In this document: in pieces, positions 18,865 to 29,298 of the stretch | Position numbering within the stretch: the first letter of the stretch is position 1 | Layout: each line of letters opens with the position of its first letter | DNA from: Gammaproteobacteria bacterium | GTDB taxonomy: Bacteria; Pseudomonadota; Gammaproteobacteria; UBA4575 | Direction: 5' to 3' | Assembly (NCBI GenBank): GCA_965221955.1 | Contig: CBDCTA010000029.1 | Span: forward strand, 256,001 to 320,000 | Length of the DNA stretch: 64,000 bases | The notes under the pieces: model-generated | The model's input: the letters and a program-made list of their open reading frames with translations, nothing else | Database searches by the model: none | Told to the model about the DNA's origin: nothing | Program-made: the position numbers and the translations under genes

Positions 18865-21744
18865 TTATTGGCAGGCTTCACAATCTGGATCCAAAATCGA
18901 ACAAGCTTTTGGTGCTTCATTGCCGTTACTTACGGCATTGAGTTTGCTTTCTCGACCTTGAACAGTACTTTTTTCTACATGTGTGGCACCCATGGAGCGT
19001 AAGTAGTAAGTGGTTTTTAAACCACGTACCCAAGCAAGCTTGTATAAGTTATCAAGCTTTTGTCCTGAAGGTTCTGACATGTATAAATTCAACGATTGCG
19101 CTTGATCGATCCATTTTTGTCGGCGTGAAGCGGCTTCAACTAACCAACGTGGATCTACTTCAAACGCAGTGGCATATAAACTTTTTAATTCTTCTGGAAT
19201 ACGGTCAATAGATTGCACACTACCGTCATAATATTTGAGGTCATTGGCCATGACTTCATCCCAGAGATTACGTTTCTTTAAATCAGCAATTAAATGTGGA
19301 TTGCTTACAGTGAACTCACCAGATAAATTCGATTTAACAAATAAGTTTTGGTAAGTAGGTTCAATGCTTTGTGTCACACCACAAATATTAGAAATGGTTG
19401 CGGTAGGTGCAATGGCCATCGTGTTGGAGTTGCGCATGCCCACAGTTTGTACGCGCTGGCGTAGGCTGTCCCAATCCATGGTCATGCTGCGGTCTTGTTT
19501 TAAATAATCACCACGACCTTTTTCAAGTAGCTCGATTGAATCGATAGGTAAAATACCTTGATCCCACAATGAACCTTTATAGGTTGCGTAGGTACCACGT
19601 TCTTCCGCTAAATCGGTTGAAGCTTGAATGGCAAAATAACTTACTGCTTCCATTGAACGATCGGCAAACTCGACCGCTTCTTGACTGCTATAAGTGATGT
19701 TTTGTTTATACAACGCATCTTGGAAACCCATCATGCCTAAGCCAACAGGACGATGACGTAAGTTAGAACGCTTGGCTTTGTCCACGCTGTAGTAATTGTA
19801 TTCAATCACATTGTCTAACATGCGCATGGCAGTAGAAATGGTTTGCTTGAGTTTTTGCAGATTCAAACCATTTTCATCAAGATGTGCAGCAAGGTTTACC
19901 GAACCTAAGTTACACACTGCAATTTCATCTTTAGTCGTGTTTAAAGTGATCTCGGTACACAAGTTTGAAGAATGCACCACGCCTGCGTGTTGTTGTGGTG
20001 AACGCAAGTTGCATGGATCTTTAAATGTGATCCAAGGGTGACCGGTTTCGTACAACATGCCGAGCATCTTGCGCCATAGGTCTACTGCTTGAATTTTTTT
20101 GAAGTTTTTAATTTCGCCATTATCTGCCATTTGTTCATAGGCTTGATAACGTGCTTCAAATTCTTTACCACTTAGTTCATGTAAGTCAGGGGTTTCGTGT
20201 GGTGAGAACAAGGTCCATTCTTTTTCTTCAATGACACGCTTCATGAATAAATCTGGTACCCAGTTTGCGGTGTTCATATCATGTGTGCGTCGACGATCAT
20301 CACCAGTGTTTTTGCGCAGGTCTAAAAACTCCTCAGTATCTAAGTGCCAAGTTTCTAGGTAAGCGCACATTGCGCCTTTGCGTTTGCCGCCTTGGTTCAC
20401 GGCAACTGCGGTGTCGTTAGCAACTTTAAGAAATGGTACGACACCTTGTGATTTACCATTGGTGCCTTTGATGTGTGCGCCCATAGAGCGAACAGGTGTC
20501 CAATCATTGCCGAGACCACCTGCAAACTTAGATAACATGGCGTCATCTTGAATAGCTTCAAAGATGCCATGTAAATCATCGGGCACAGTGGTTAAGTAAC
20601 ATGAAGACAGTTGTGGGCGTAAGGTGCCAGAATTAAACAAAGTGGGTGTCGAACTCATAAAATCAAACGAGGACAACAACTGATAAAACTCAATCGCACG
20701 TGCTTCGCGTTCTACTTCATTTAAAGCTAGTCCCATCGCTACACGCATGAAAAAGGCTTGTGGTAATTCAAACGGTGTACCTTCACTTTGAATAAAGTAA
20801 CGGTCATACAGAGTTTGCATGCCAAGATAAGTGAATTGGTGGTCGCGTTTAGGTTGTAATGCTTTACCTAATTTCTTTAGGTCATATTCACTGGCAAGTT
20901 TTGGGTCTAATAACTCTAGTGAAATCGCTTTGTGAATATAATTCTCAAAGTAATCCGCGTACTGATAGGCCATCTCTTTGAAAGTGGCTTCTGATGGCAC
21001 GCCGTATACAAAGGTAAGCGCTTGACGACGCAGTGTGTCGAGCAATAAACGCGCAGTTACATAGGTGTAATTCGGTTCTTGCTCGATCAATGTGCGCGCA
21101 CTCATCATTACCGCGGTACCGACTTCGTTTTCTGGGATGCCGTCGTATAAATTGCGCAGTGTTTCTTCGATGATGGGCTTAGCTTGAACATCTGCAGTAT
21201 CTACACACGCTTCTTCGATCATGCGTGCAAGACGTTCAACGTCGAGAGGTTTTAAACGACCCTCTTCATCTTTTACATTTAGGCTAGGCGTGTCACCTTC
21301 TTGTTGGTTCGCTTGTGCGGCTTGTTCAAGTTGTTCGCGCTCTTTATGGCGTTCTTCTCTATATAGAACATAGGCGCGTGCGATTTTATGGTGCTCACTG
21401 CGCATCAGTGCCAGTTCTACCTGATCTTGAATGTCTTCAATATGGAAGGTACCCCCTTGTGGACGACTGCGTGACAGCGCATAGAAGACCTTGTCGGTGA
21501 TTTCATCCACCATCTCGTGAATGCGGGAAGAAGCTGCGGCATGACCTCCTTCTACAGCTAGGAATGCCTTAGTAACCGCTACTTTAATTTTGTCACGGTC
21601 GAAACTGGTGACTTTGCCATTTCGACGGATTACACGGTATTGGCCGGGTGCTGTAGCTGCAATTTCTAGCTTTGTGGGTGCATTATTCTCATGTGTAGGA
21701 TTAGGGGCTTTTTCGTTGGCAATAGTAGTAAGTTCTGGCTGCAT
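18865..21744 (-). CDS. nrdA: Ribonucleotide reductase class Ia alpha subunit with two ATP-cone-like regions
   Basis: VIRRNG cone, TPTLFNSG, SNLCTEI, APTATIS, TTYYLR and C-terminal CEACQ. Confidence 0.97.
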   Translation of the reverse strand: MQPELTTIANEKAPNPTHENNAPTKLEIAATAPGQYRVIRRNGKVTSFDRDKIKVAVTKAFLAVEGGHAAASSRIHEMVDEITDKVFYALSRSRPQGGTFHIEDIQDQVELALMRSEHHKIARAYVLYREERHKEREQLEQAAQANQQEGDTPSLNVKDEEGRLKPLDVERLARMIEEACVDTADVQAKPIIEETLRNLYDGIPENEVGTAVMMSARTLIEQEPNYTYVTARLLLDTLRRQALTFVYGVPSEATFKEMAYQYADYFENYIHKAISLELLDPKLASEYDLKKLGKALQPKRDHQFTYLGMQTLYDRYFIQSEGTPFELPQAFFMRVAMGLALNEVEREARAIEFYQLLSSFDFMSSTPTLFNSGTLRPQLSSCYLTTVPDDLHGIFEAIQDDAMLSKFAGGLGNDWTPVRSMGAHIKGTNGKSQGVVPFLKVANDTAVAVNQGGKRKGAMCAYLETWHLDTEEFLDLRKNTGDDRRRTHDMNTANWVPDLFMKRVIEEKEWTLFSPHETPDLHELSGKEFEARYQAYEQMADNGEIKNFKKIQAVDLWRKMLGMLYETGHPWITFKDPCNLRSPQQHAGVVHSSNLCTEITLNTTKDEIAVCNLGSVNLAAHLDENGLNLQKLKQTISTAMRMLDNVIEYNYYSVDKAKRSNLRHRPVGLGMMGFQDALYKQNITYSSQEAVEFADRSMEAVSYFAIQASTDLAEERGTYATYKGSLWDQGILPIDSIELLEKGRGDYLKQDRSMTMDWDSLRQRVQTVGMRNSNTMAIAPTATISNICGVTQSIEPTYQNLFVKSNLSGEFTVSNPHLIADLKKRNLWDEVMANDLKYYDGSVQSIDRIPEELKSLYATAFEVDPRWLVEAASRRQKWIDQAQSLNLYMSEPSGQKLDNLYKLAWVRGLKTTYYLRSMGATHVEKSTVQGRESKLNAVSNGNEAPKACSILDPDCEACQ

Positions 21745-21860
21745 GTGCTCTCTCAGCTAAATATTATAAGTTGTTGTTTTTAAATCCCTTTTTCACGCAC
21801 TCCTTGAGGTATTGTTATTAGCTTCAGGTTGTACTGAAGTGGACTGCTGTGAACGGGAAT

Positions 21861-21933
21861 TACTATAAATTGGGGTGCGAAATCCGTCAAGCACAATATC
21901 TTGTGTGTATACTGCGGGAAATCCTGTGGATAA
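21861..21933 (-). promoter_or_regulatory. nrdA sigma70 promoter with two NrdR boxes and a DnaA box
   Basis: TTGACG (21890-21885), 17 nt, TATAGT (21867-21862); NrdR-like boxes at 21891-21906 (CACAATATCTTGTG) and 21861-21876; TTATCCACA at 21933-21925. Confidence 0.8.
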
Positions 21934-22317
21934 ACGGTTTGATATTACAAAATGGTTAAAAATATCCCAAACGTTTGTGGGGTTGGAAAAATGCAAGCTT
22001 TTTTTATGGATTCTGGCTTAAAATCTTTCGATCGATTGAATAGAAAAGTTTTATAAATTTTTTGATGAAAATTGATCGATTTCAGAAAAAATTGCCTTAA
22101 AACGACCGCTTATTTTTTTCGTGTAGATAAATTTTCTTACAGGGTTTTCTTGTGAGAAAAAATTCGTTTTTTTAGCTCCAAATTGCTTCAAATAAGATTA
22201 TTGAAGAATGTAATTACACATATGTTCGCGATTTAATCGTGGATGTAGAGATTAAGTAAAGTAATACGATGCAATTTCAAGCTGGTTCGACTAGCAAGGT
22301 ATTAAAAAGATAGATAT

Positions 22318-24126
22318 ATGCAATTTCACGCGCGTACCGAAGAACCGCATAAACAACGCACCGATTTTAAAAATCTGTTGCAGATGTTTCCTTATGTGTG
22401 GGCCTATCGTTGGCGTGTACTCATTGCATTGGCATGTTTAGTAATCGCCAAGATGGCGACTGTGGCAGTACCTTTGGTCTTAAAGCGCATTGTTGACTCC
22501 TTAGATATTGAAGCAAGTTTATTAATCTTACCGCTAGGCTTGTTGCTGGCCTATGGCGCCTTACGCTTGACCACCGCACTTTTTAATGAATTGCGAGATG
22601 TGTTATTTGCCAGGGTACGTTATCGCGCGATTCAGAAACTTTCTACTCGTGTATTAGAGCATTTGCATAACTTGCCTCTGCGCTTTCATTTAGAACGTCA
22701 AACCGGTTCGATAACCCGAGATTTAGAGCGTGGCACACAAAGCCTTTCTTCAATAATCAATTACATGGTGTTTATTATCGTACCAACTTTCGTTGAGTTG
22801 GGATTGGTTGCTGCAATTTTATTAGGCGCCTATGCCTTAAAATTTTCGGTTGTGACTTTGTTTACAGTGGTTGCTTATATTTCATTTACTTTGTTAGTGA
22901 CTAATTGGCGGATGAAGTATCGGCATGAAATGAATCGTTTAGATTCCCAAGCTAATTCAATTGCGGTGGATAGCTTATTGAATTATGAAACCGTGAAATA
23001 CTTTAATAACGAACGCTATGAACTATCGCGTTATGGTGAAACGCTTTCGCAATGGGAAAACGCAGCCGTTAAAAGTATTACCACCATGTCGATGCTAAAT
23101 TTTGGGCAAGCCGTAATCATCGCAATTGGTGTAACTATTATTATGATTTTTGCTGCGGAAGGCGTGACAACTGAAACGATGACACTCGGAGATCTTGTGT
23201 TAGTCAATGCGCTGATGCTGCAATTGTTTGTGCCTTTAAATACTTTAGGGATTGTGTATCGACAGATCACCTATTCACTTGCAGACATGGATATGTTGGT
23301 AAGACTGCTGAAGAAAGACACTGAAATTAAAGACGTAGAAGATGCTGAAACATTACAGGTGAGTGCAGCAAATATTGAATTTGAAAATGTTTGTTTTGCA
23401 TATAATCAAGATCGTGAAATTTTACGTGATGTTTCTCTTAGCATTCCGTCTGGTCATAAGGTAGCTGTAGTAGGGCCATCAGGCGCCGGTAAATCAACCA
23501 TCGCACGGCTGTTGTTTCGGTTTTACGACGTCACTTCAGGTACGGTACGTATCGATGGGCAAGACGTACGTGAATGCACCCAGCAAAGTTTGCATGAAAA
23601 TATTGCAGTAGTGCCACAAGACACAGTGCTTTTTAACGAAAGTATTTATTTTAATATTCAGTATGCAAAGCCGGGTGCGAGTAGGGAAGAAATTGAGCAA
23701 GCCGCAAAGTTGGCAAATATCCATGACTTTATTGAACAATTGCCACAGCAATATGAAACTATTGTCGGTGAGCGTGGTTTAAAGCTTTCGGGAGGCGAGA
23801 AGCAACGTATTGCCATTGCACGTGCAGTACTCAAAAACCCACGCATTTTAATCTTTGATGAGGCCACCTCGAGTTTGGATTCGCAATCTGAAAGTATGAT
23901 TTTGAACGCTATGAAAGAAGTTACTAAAGGGGTGACGACTTTAGTCATTGCGCATCGGCTTTCGACTATTGTGGATGCCGATAGTATTTATGTATTTGAT
24001 CACGGCCGTGTAGTGGAATCTGGGAATCACCGTGAATTACTTGCTCAACAAGGCATTTATGCCAACATGTGGGCCTTGCAACAAGAAGAGCGGGCCGCGG
24101 AGAAAGCTGCAGCGATCGAAGTTTAG
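22318..24126 (+). CDS. ATM1/AtmA-type ABC exporter (fused TMD and NBD)
   Basis: DSLLNYETVKYF, GPSGAGKS, LSGGEKQR, FDEATS. Confidence 0.92.
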   Translation: MQFHARTEEPHKQRTDFKNLLQMFPYVWAYRWRVLIALACLVIAKMATVAVPLVLKRIVDSLDIEASLLILPLGLLLAYGALRLTTALFNELRDVLFARVRYRAIQKLSTRVLEHLHNLPLRFHLERQTGSITRDLERGTQSLSSIINYMVFIIVPTFVELGLVAAILLGAYALKFSVVTLFTVVAYISFTLLVTNWRMKYRHEMNRLDSQANSIAVDSLLNYETVKYFNNERYELSRYGETLSQWENAAVKSITTMSMLNFGQAVIIAIGVTIIMIFAAEGVTTETMTLGDLVLVNALMLQLFVPLNTLGIVYRQITYSLADMDMLVRLLKKDTEIKDVEDAETLQVSAANIEFENVCFAYNQDREILRDVSLSIPSGHKVAVVGPSGAGKSTIARLLFRFYDVTSGTVRIDGQDVRECTQQSLHENIAVVPQDTVLFNESIYFNIQYAKPGASREEIEQAAKLANIHDFIEQLPQQYETIVGERGLKLSGGEKQRIAIARAVLKNPRILIFDEATSSLDSQSESMILNAMKEVTKGVTTLVIAHRLSTIVDADSIYVFDHGRVVESGNHRELLAQQGIYANMWALQQEERAAEKAAAIEV

Positions 24127-24538
24127 TGTAGATAAAAATTAGTAGTCGTATATATGTTCTACAACTAGGCCGCATTCTGCTATCTAGAGTAAGAATTCTT
24201 TTAGATCTTGTGCCTTAGTGAGAATTGCAACTCGGTTTTTGTTGGGATCGGAGACAAGTTTTTAGCTAAACAATTTCAACGGTTGCAGTTAAATAAGGGT
24301 TGGTGGTGTTCGCTTGTTACGTTGCCATATAAATAAGCCCATCACCTTGTTCGCAGGTGGTTTGCGCACCAAACTTAATTAACTTTGCATAGATGGCTTT
24401 AAATCTAAAGGTGAGCAAATTTACCAAGAAGGTGATCCTGCATTAAATGCGCTTATGCACTATAAGAAAGTTTAGCTATCTTATATAACCTTTACGGCAT
24501 CTTTTCTTTCCAGTAGCAGTTCGCTGTACAATAGTGTC

Positions 24539-24904
24539 ATGAGCAATTCTGAAGAATCTATAAAAGAGCAAATATTGCATGCTGATTTGGCAGACCATGG
24601 AGGTTGTGCCAATTCTGAGCCGTTTGCATTGCGAGTGATGGGTGACAGTATGGAACCTGAGTTTAAAGATGGTTGCATTATTATCATTGACTCTGCAGCA
24701 GTTGTAGAAAGTGGTAGCTATGTGCTGGCTATGGTGAATGAAGAATATATTTTTCGCCAATTCATTGCTGAGGATGATCGATATTATCTACGTGCACTTA
24801 AGGAGGGATATGAGGAGATACTTCTTGAAAGTAAGAATGCAGTGCGTGGGGTAATTGTTCAACGTGCAGGGACACGTCGCAAAGATCACAAACATTATAC
24901 TTAA
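24539..24904 (+). CDS. Stand-alone S24 (LexA/UmuD-like) peptidase-fold protein
   Basis: FALRVMGDSMEP motif; no HTH; the usual Lys position reads YIFRQF. Confidence 0.8.
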   Translation: MSNSEESIKEQILHADLADHGGCANSEPFALRVMGDSMEPEFKDGCIIIIDSAAVVESGSYVLAMVNEEYIFRQFIAEDDRYYLRALKEGYEEILLESKNAVRGVIVQRAGTRRKDHKHYT

Positions 24905-25070
24905 TAATATACATAACCTCTAGGATATGTGAGTATTATAATTGTAAGTAGTAGTTTTCTTCTATTTTAATTTTTTACAAAATCGAAACATACAACATAT
25001 TCGTTTGAGTGTTTAGGTGACTATATAGTTTATTTTTCAGAAAATTTAACCACAGTTAAGACGTAGACAC

Positions 25071-26507
25071 ATGGAAGCATTAAAGGGAAATATGTTGAAT
25101 AAAGAGCGAAGTAATTTCTATCTTTTTTTCCCTTTAGCTCTAATTTTCATATTTTATAGTTTTTCTTTTCTACCGCGCGTACAACAGAATGAAAATCTAG
25201 TTTATACGTTCTGGTGGATTAGTGCTCTGTTAGCCCTTTTTTACTTATTAGTTTTATATGGTGTTATAAAAAAGAAAATTGAACCGACGATAAAACTAGT
25301 GATTCGACCATCACATTATGTGCAAGCGATAGTTCAGCTTGGTGTGTATGGTTATTGGGGATGGGTGGTAAATCAAGTATATGTGCAAATGCCTCTTATT
25401 TTTGCGCAAATACTATTTCTATATATTTTAGGAGCACTTTTGTCTTGGGTGCGTGGGAAAGAATATCGTTTGGGTTTTGGTATTTTTCCCATAGTGTTCA
25501 GTACAAATTTATTTTTGTGGTTTAAAGACGATGTCTTTTTTCTACAGTTCTTAATGATAACTGCCGGTGCATTAGCGAAAGAGTTTATTACTTGGGATAA
25601 AGATGGGCGTCGCGCACATATATTTAATCCTTCAGCTTTTGGTCTATCAGTAGCGTCTATTCTATTAATTATTACTGGCAATACAGATATTAGCTGGGGT
25701 AAAGCTATTGCTGAAACTATAACCTATCCTGAAAATATTTATCTTTGGATATTTTTGTTAGGCCTAATAGTTCAATATTTATTTAAAGTGACATTAGTAA
25801 CTATTTCGGCTGCAATGACATTGTTTATTAGTGCGCTTATATATCACCAAACTACCGGGATATATTTTTTTATAACCTCTGATGTACCAGTTGCAGTATT
25901 TCTAGGATTGCATTTACTAGTAACAGACCCTTCTACTTCTCCACGAACTAATCTTGGTCGCATAATGTTTGGTGTGTTATATGGCGCAAGTGTAATGCTT
26001 TTATTTGATTTGCTCGGCAATTTTGGCGCACCAACTTTTTACGACAAATTGTTAGCTATTCCAATATTAAATCTATCAATTAAATTTCTAGATCGTATTG
26101 CTAATTCGATTAATCTATCATGGTTATGGCCGCGCTCATTACGGTTTAATCCAACGGGTAACCAACTTAATCTAATTCATATGGGAATTTGGGTTGTATT
26201 CTTTTTGAGTATTTTTTTCACACATGCGTTAGGTAAAAAGCATCCGGGACAGAACCCCATGTTTTGGCAAAATGCGTGTGATAAGAATTTGCACAAGGGC
26301 TGTTCTACTCTATATTACTTAGTGTCAAAAGAATGTAATAAGGGACAGGCGCTCATGTGTGCTAAGCAAGCATGGATGATAAAAAATGCAATAGGCGTAG
26401 AACGTGATGATAAAAAAGTCTATGAAGTTGCAAGCCGCGCTTGTGAACTCGGGCATGAAGAAATTTGTATTCGTATTGAGCGTGGAGAGTTTAACTATCA
26501 AAAATAG
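25071..26507 (+). CDS. Polytopic membrane protein, RnfD/NqrB/UnbU-like, with a C-terminal Cys-paired Sel1-like tail
   Basis: HIFNPSAFGL and VTDPSTSP motifs; tail ACDKNLHKGC...ACELGHEEIC. Confidence 0.6.
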   Translation: MEALKGNMLNKERSNFYLFFPLALIFIFYSFSFLPRVQQNENLVYTFWWISALLALFYLLVLYGVIKKKIEPTIKLVIRPSHYVQAIVQLGVYGYWGWVVNQVYVQMPLIFAQILFLYILGALLSWVRGKEYRLGFGIFPIVFSTNLFLWFKDDVFFLQFLMITAGALAKEFITWDKDGRRAHIFNPSAFGLSVASILLIITGNTDISWGKAIAETITYPENIYLWIFLLGLIVQYLFKVTLVTISAAMTLFISALIYHQTTGIYFFITSDVPVAVFLGLHLLVTDPSTSPRTNLGRIMFGVLYGASVMLLFDLLGNFGAPTFYDKLLAIPILNLSIKFLDRIANSINLSWLWPRSLRFNPTGNQLNLIHMGIWVVFFLSIFFTHALGKKHPGQNPMFWQNACDKNLHKGCSTLYYLVSKECNKGQALMCAKQAWMIKNAIGVERDDKKVYEVASRACELGHEEICIRIERGEFNYQK

Positions 26508-27044
26508 CGCCTATAAAATCGATTAGCTCAAGCTTTTAAACTAGATTCACAGAGTAATCGTTAGGTCTAGTCTTGAAGCTCGTCTAGCTCCGTTTGTCAT
26601 TTAATCTGCTACTTTCACCTTCTGTAATGAAGGCATCAATAATTTGAAATAATTTATTAACTTTTTGTGTATAGTCTGCGCCTCGTTGAAATGGTGTAAG
26701 ACTTGTATTTCTTTCTACATCCTTATCTATAGTAGATGCTCAATAATGAAACGTTGCCAGCACAATGAAAGTGCAATTCACTTTGAGCTAAAAACAGGTT
26801 GTTTGGTAACTGCTTGATAACTAAGAAGACAAATTTTGGCATAGCACTTGCTAAATAGAAATTGAACCCTACTTATATAGCAAAGAGCCTATAAAGATTT
26901 CGATGTTCTCGCATAGAAAAGATTCATATCGATAGCTTGAACTTAAAGTGTGTAGCCCCATCTAACCATACGCTTGGAATGCTAAAACGTAACTAGGATT
27001 GTATTGACTATTAACCCATAACTTAGAACTAGAGGAACTTAACC

Positions 27045-27155
27045 ATGACTGATACAGCAGAGAATGCCTTTGTGTATAACATATTATTACCAGACTTCTT
27101 GCTATTTGCGATTGCAATGACAGCAGCGTTTGGTTTAATGCTATTAATATTTTAA
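27045..27155 (+). CDS. Small single-pass membrane protein (36 aa), absent from the ORF track
   Basis: AGAGGA SD; MTDTAENAFVYNILLPDFLLFAIAMTAAFGLMLLIF*. Confidence 0.55.
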   Translation: MTDTAENAFVYNILLPDFLLFAIAMTAAFGLMLLIF

Positions 27156-27355
27156 CTACATGGACGATGTGCAGGATGCACAAGTGTCGCGGAAGACAGG
27201 ATGTCGGGAGCGACCGTAGTGTATCCCGAAAATATGCGACTGCATGGATGCAGGAGGTAGGGCAACGCAGGAGCAGTTGCTGAGAAACAAATTTCGAGAT
27301 AACTAATTTTTAAATCCCTAGTGTATTAAGCCCTGTTAAATAACAGGGCTTTTTT
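27156..27355 (+). ncRNA. CsrB/RsmY-like GGA-rich structured RNA or 3'UTR ending in a terminator
   Basis: Eight GGA motifs in about 120 nt, several in hairpin loops (GTGCAGGATGCAC, GACAGGATGTC, TGCATGGATGCA, GCAGGAGC). Confidence 0.5.
27328..27355 (+). terminator. Rho-independent terminator
   Basis: AAGCCCTGTTA-aa-TAACAGGGCTTTTTT. Confidence 0.85.
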
Positions 27356-27436
27356 ATGTACATGGACGTACTGTATGCTGACAACGCAGGATGCAGTTGT
27401 CAGTATTGCTAGTAGGAGCAATTTTCTGCCAGGAAT
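27356..27436 (+). repeat. Further GGA-loop hairpin module immediately after the terminator
   Basis: GTACATGGACGTAC-TGT-ATGCTGACAACGCAGGATGCAGTTGTCAGTAT...TTTTCTGCCAGGAA; same layout as 17273-17399. Confidence 0.7.
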
Positions 27437-27496
27437 ATACCGTATGCTGGGTTTGTTCAGTGCAAGCAAAATCTTTAAGAGAGGCAGGCTAGCTGT

Positions 27497-29173
27497 CTAG
27501 TTGTAGTCTTCGTAGAGTGAGACTAAAAAAGCGACTAGTGGCTCGATGTCTTTCGGCTTGATGTTGATATCTGCAATATCTTTATCTGGATTTCTAATTA
27601 AGCCTTGACGAGTATTAATAGAAACCGCTAGGTAAAAACTGACTACGGCATGCAAATCACTGATTTGTCCGTTATGCATATAGGGCGCTGAGTGGCCTAG
27701 GTTGCGCAGACTAGGTGTCTTAAATGTAGCAATGCTTCTTTCAAGAGTGTCGTCTCTTGAGGTGCAAATTTCATATCCATCGTGAATGCAAATCGCGTTG
27801 TAGATGCTTTCTTGTGCCAATGAGTAATCAGAATTGAACAATATACTCCATGCCCCTAGGTCAGTTGCCATGATGTTCGCTTGCGAAGGAACGCTACGAA
27901 AAATCCCTTTACGGTTGGGATGTTGTCGAGTTGCAGGTAAATAAAGCTCGGCTTGTTTCTCACGCTGTTTCACGTTTGGAATTTTTAGTTTATTAAATGT
28001 GTCTTGCCCATGTATGGCTTCGTATTCAACTTGTGTGATGCCTGTATTATGCAAACTAAAATCAGTGAAATGGGGGCCAGGATGGCAGGCAACACAGTTG
28101 CCTGCAGAAGTTTTATCTTTGCCAGGAGTTGAAAAGAATATATACATTCCAGCAAGTTGCTTCTCGCCAAATTCAAAAGGTTGCTCGTCGTGAAACTGGA
28201 ATTTTCCATCTTCCGTATTAGGATTTTTCGATACGAACGTTAGTTTGTTTTCTTGATGCAACTTATCGATACGAGCCATCAAATTAGCGCTGTATTCTTT
28301 ATGACTGTCTTTCTCATTTGGTGCAGTAGGTAAGTTGTTTAGCTTTAGGAATAAATCATAAGGTGAGATGATCGATTCATCTTGAGCAAAAACGAGGTCG
28401 TCGGTATAGATCGCTATAAGTTCAGCAGTAGTTGCAAATACTTTTTCACAATCTTCTTTATGAGGATTGATTCTTAAGTTTTCAGGAATTAGAAACTCAT
28501 TTTCAACCATTTTTCCATCAGTAGTTATACCCGAGAAGATTTCTGTATAGGAATATCCACCAAATTCTTCAGCGAGTTCACTTTTGCCATCGTCTTCTCG
28601 AATTACTTTGCAGATGTGTTCTATCGCAGTTTCTTCTTCACCAGGTAGCCATCCCATATTTCTACCAGTTAGTGTGCCGCGTACTAAATGATGCAAAGAA
28701 GAAAACTCACCATCAAAGTGCAACATGAAATTTTTTCTTGGCAGCGAAGCATCTACAAGTGCTGGGCTGTTTCTAACCGTAGTGAGTAAATTGTCATTAC
28801 GAGCTGGGATAGGGCTGCGTGAGGCAAAGTCAGAATAAGAACGCATACCAAGCTCATTTTGCTCTAAATGTTCATCGACAAGATGGCAGGCACGGCAATT
28901 AAAGCTTTGTCCTGCATAAGGACCATCTGTAAAGGGGATTTGATATGGGGGTAAGCTAAAAAAGCGTGCAGTTTTATTTAATGCGGGATCACCTTCTTTT
29001 AGAGGCATGTTTACATCTGTGTTTTTTCCAAGTTGTGCAGCAAAAAACTGAGATAAACGTGTTTCTAAAAATAAACGTTCCCCTAGCATAATATCCGCAG
29101 GATCCATTTCCTCAGCATGCAGAAAAAGAGGGATGATAGACAGAAGTATGGTGATTAGAAGTATTCTCATCAT
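27497..29173 (-). CDS. Dihaem cytochrome c peroxidase/MauG superfamily protein
   Basis: Signal peptide, LGERLF, CRACH, RNSPAL, CVACH, FKTPSLRN..PYMHNG. Confidence 0.85.
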   Translation of the reverse strand: MMRILLITILLSIIPLFLHAEEMDPADIMLGERLFLETRLSQFFAAQLGKNTDVNMPLKEGDPALNKTARFFSLPPYQIPFTDGPYAGQSFNCRACHLVDEHLEQNELGMRSYSDFASRSPIPARNDNLLTTVRNSPALVDASLPRKNFMLHFDGEFSSLHHLVRGTLTGRNMGWLPGEEETAIEHICKVIREDDGKSELAEEFGGYSYTEIFSGITTDGKMVENEFLIPENLRINPHKEDCEKVFATTAELIAIYTDDLVFAQDESIISPYDLFLKLNNLPTAPNEKDSHKEYSANLMARIDKLHQENKLTFVSKNPNTEDGKFQFHDEQPFEFGEKQLAGMYIFFSTPGKDKTSAGNCVACHPGPHFTDFSLHNTGITQVEYEAIHGQDTFNKLKIPNVKQREKQAELYLPATRQHPNRKGIFRSVPSQANIMATDLGAWSILFNSDYSLAQESIYNAICIHDGYEICTSRDDTLERSIATFKTPSLRNLGHSAPYMHNGQISDLHAVVSFYLAVSINTRQGLIRNPDKDIADINIKPKDIEPLVAFLVSLYEDYN

Positions 29174-29183
29174 CTTCTAAATA

Positions 29184-29201
29184 GTAATGATTATCATTTA
29201 T
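29184..29201. promoter_or_regulatory. Fur-box-like site just upstream of the dihaem protein
   Basis: GTAATGATTATCATTTAT compared with consensus GATAATGATAATCATTATC. Confidence 0.65.
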
Positions 29202-29245
29202 ATTTGAATATACTATTCGGCATAGTCTGTACCGAGTGATCAAAT

Positions 29246-29269
29246 AAAAGCCTCAATTTAGGGGCTTTT
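29246..29269. terminator. Terminator-like hairpin
   Basis: AAAAGCCTC-aattta-GGGGCTTTT. Confidence 0.6.
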
Positions 29270-29298
29270 GCTTAGGATAGAGGCCTATCTTATATGCA

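Noticed and set aside
24200-24475. Coding-like remnant ending DGFKSKGEQIYQEGDPALNALMHYKKV
   Set aside because: Multiple stops and no identifiable family
26560-26960. Possible decayed gene on the minus strand
   Set aside because: Only short fragments with no motif
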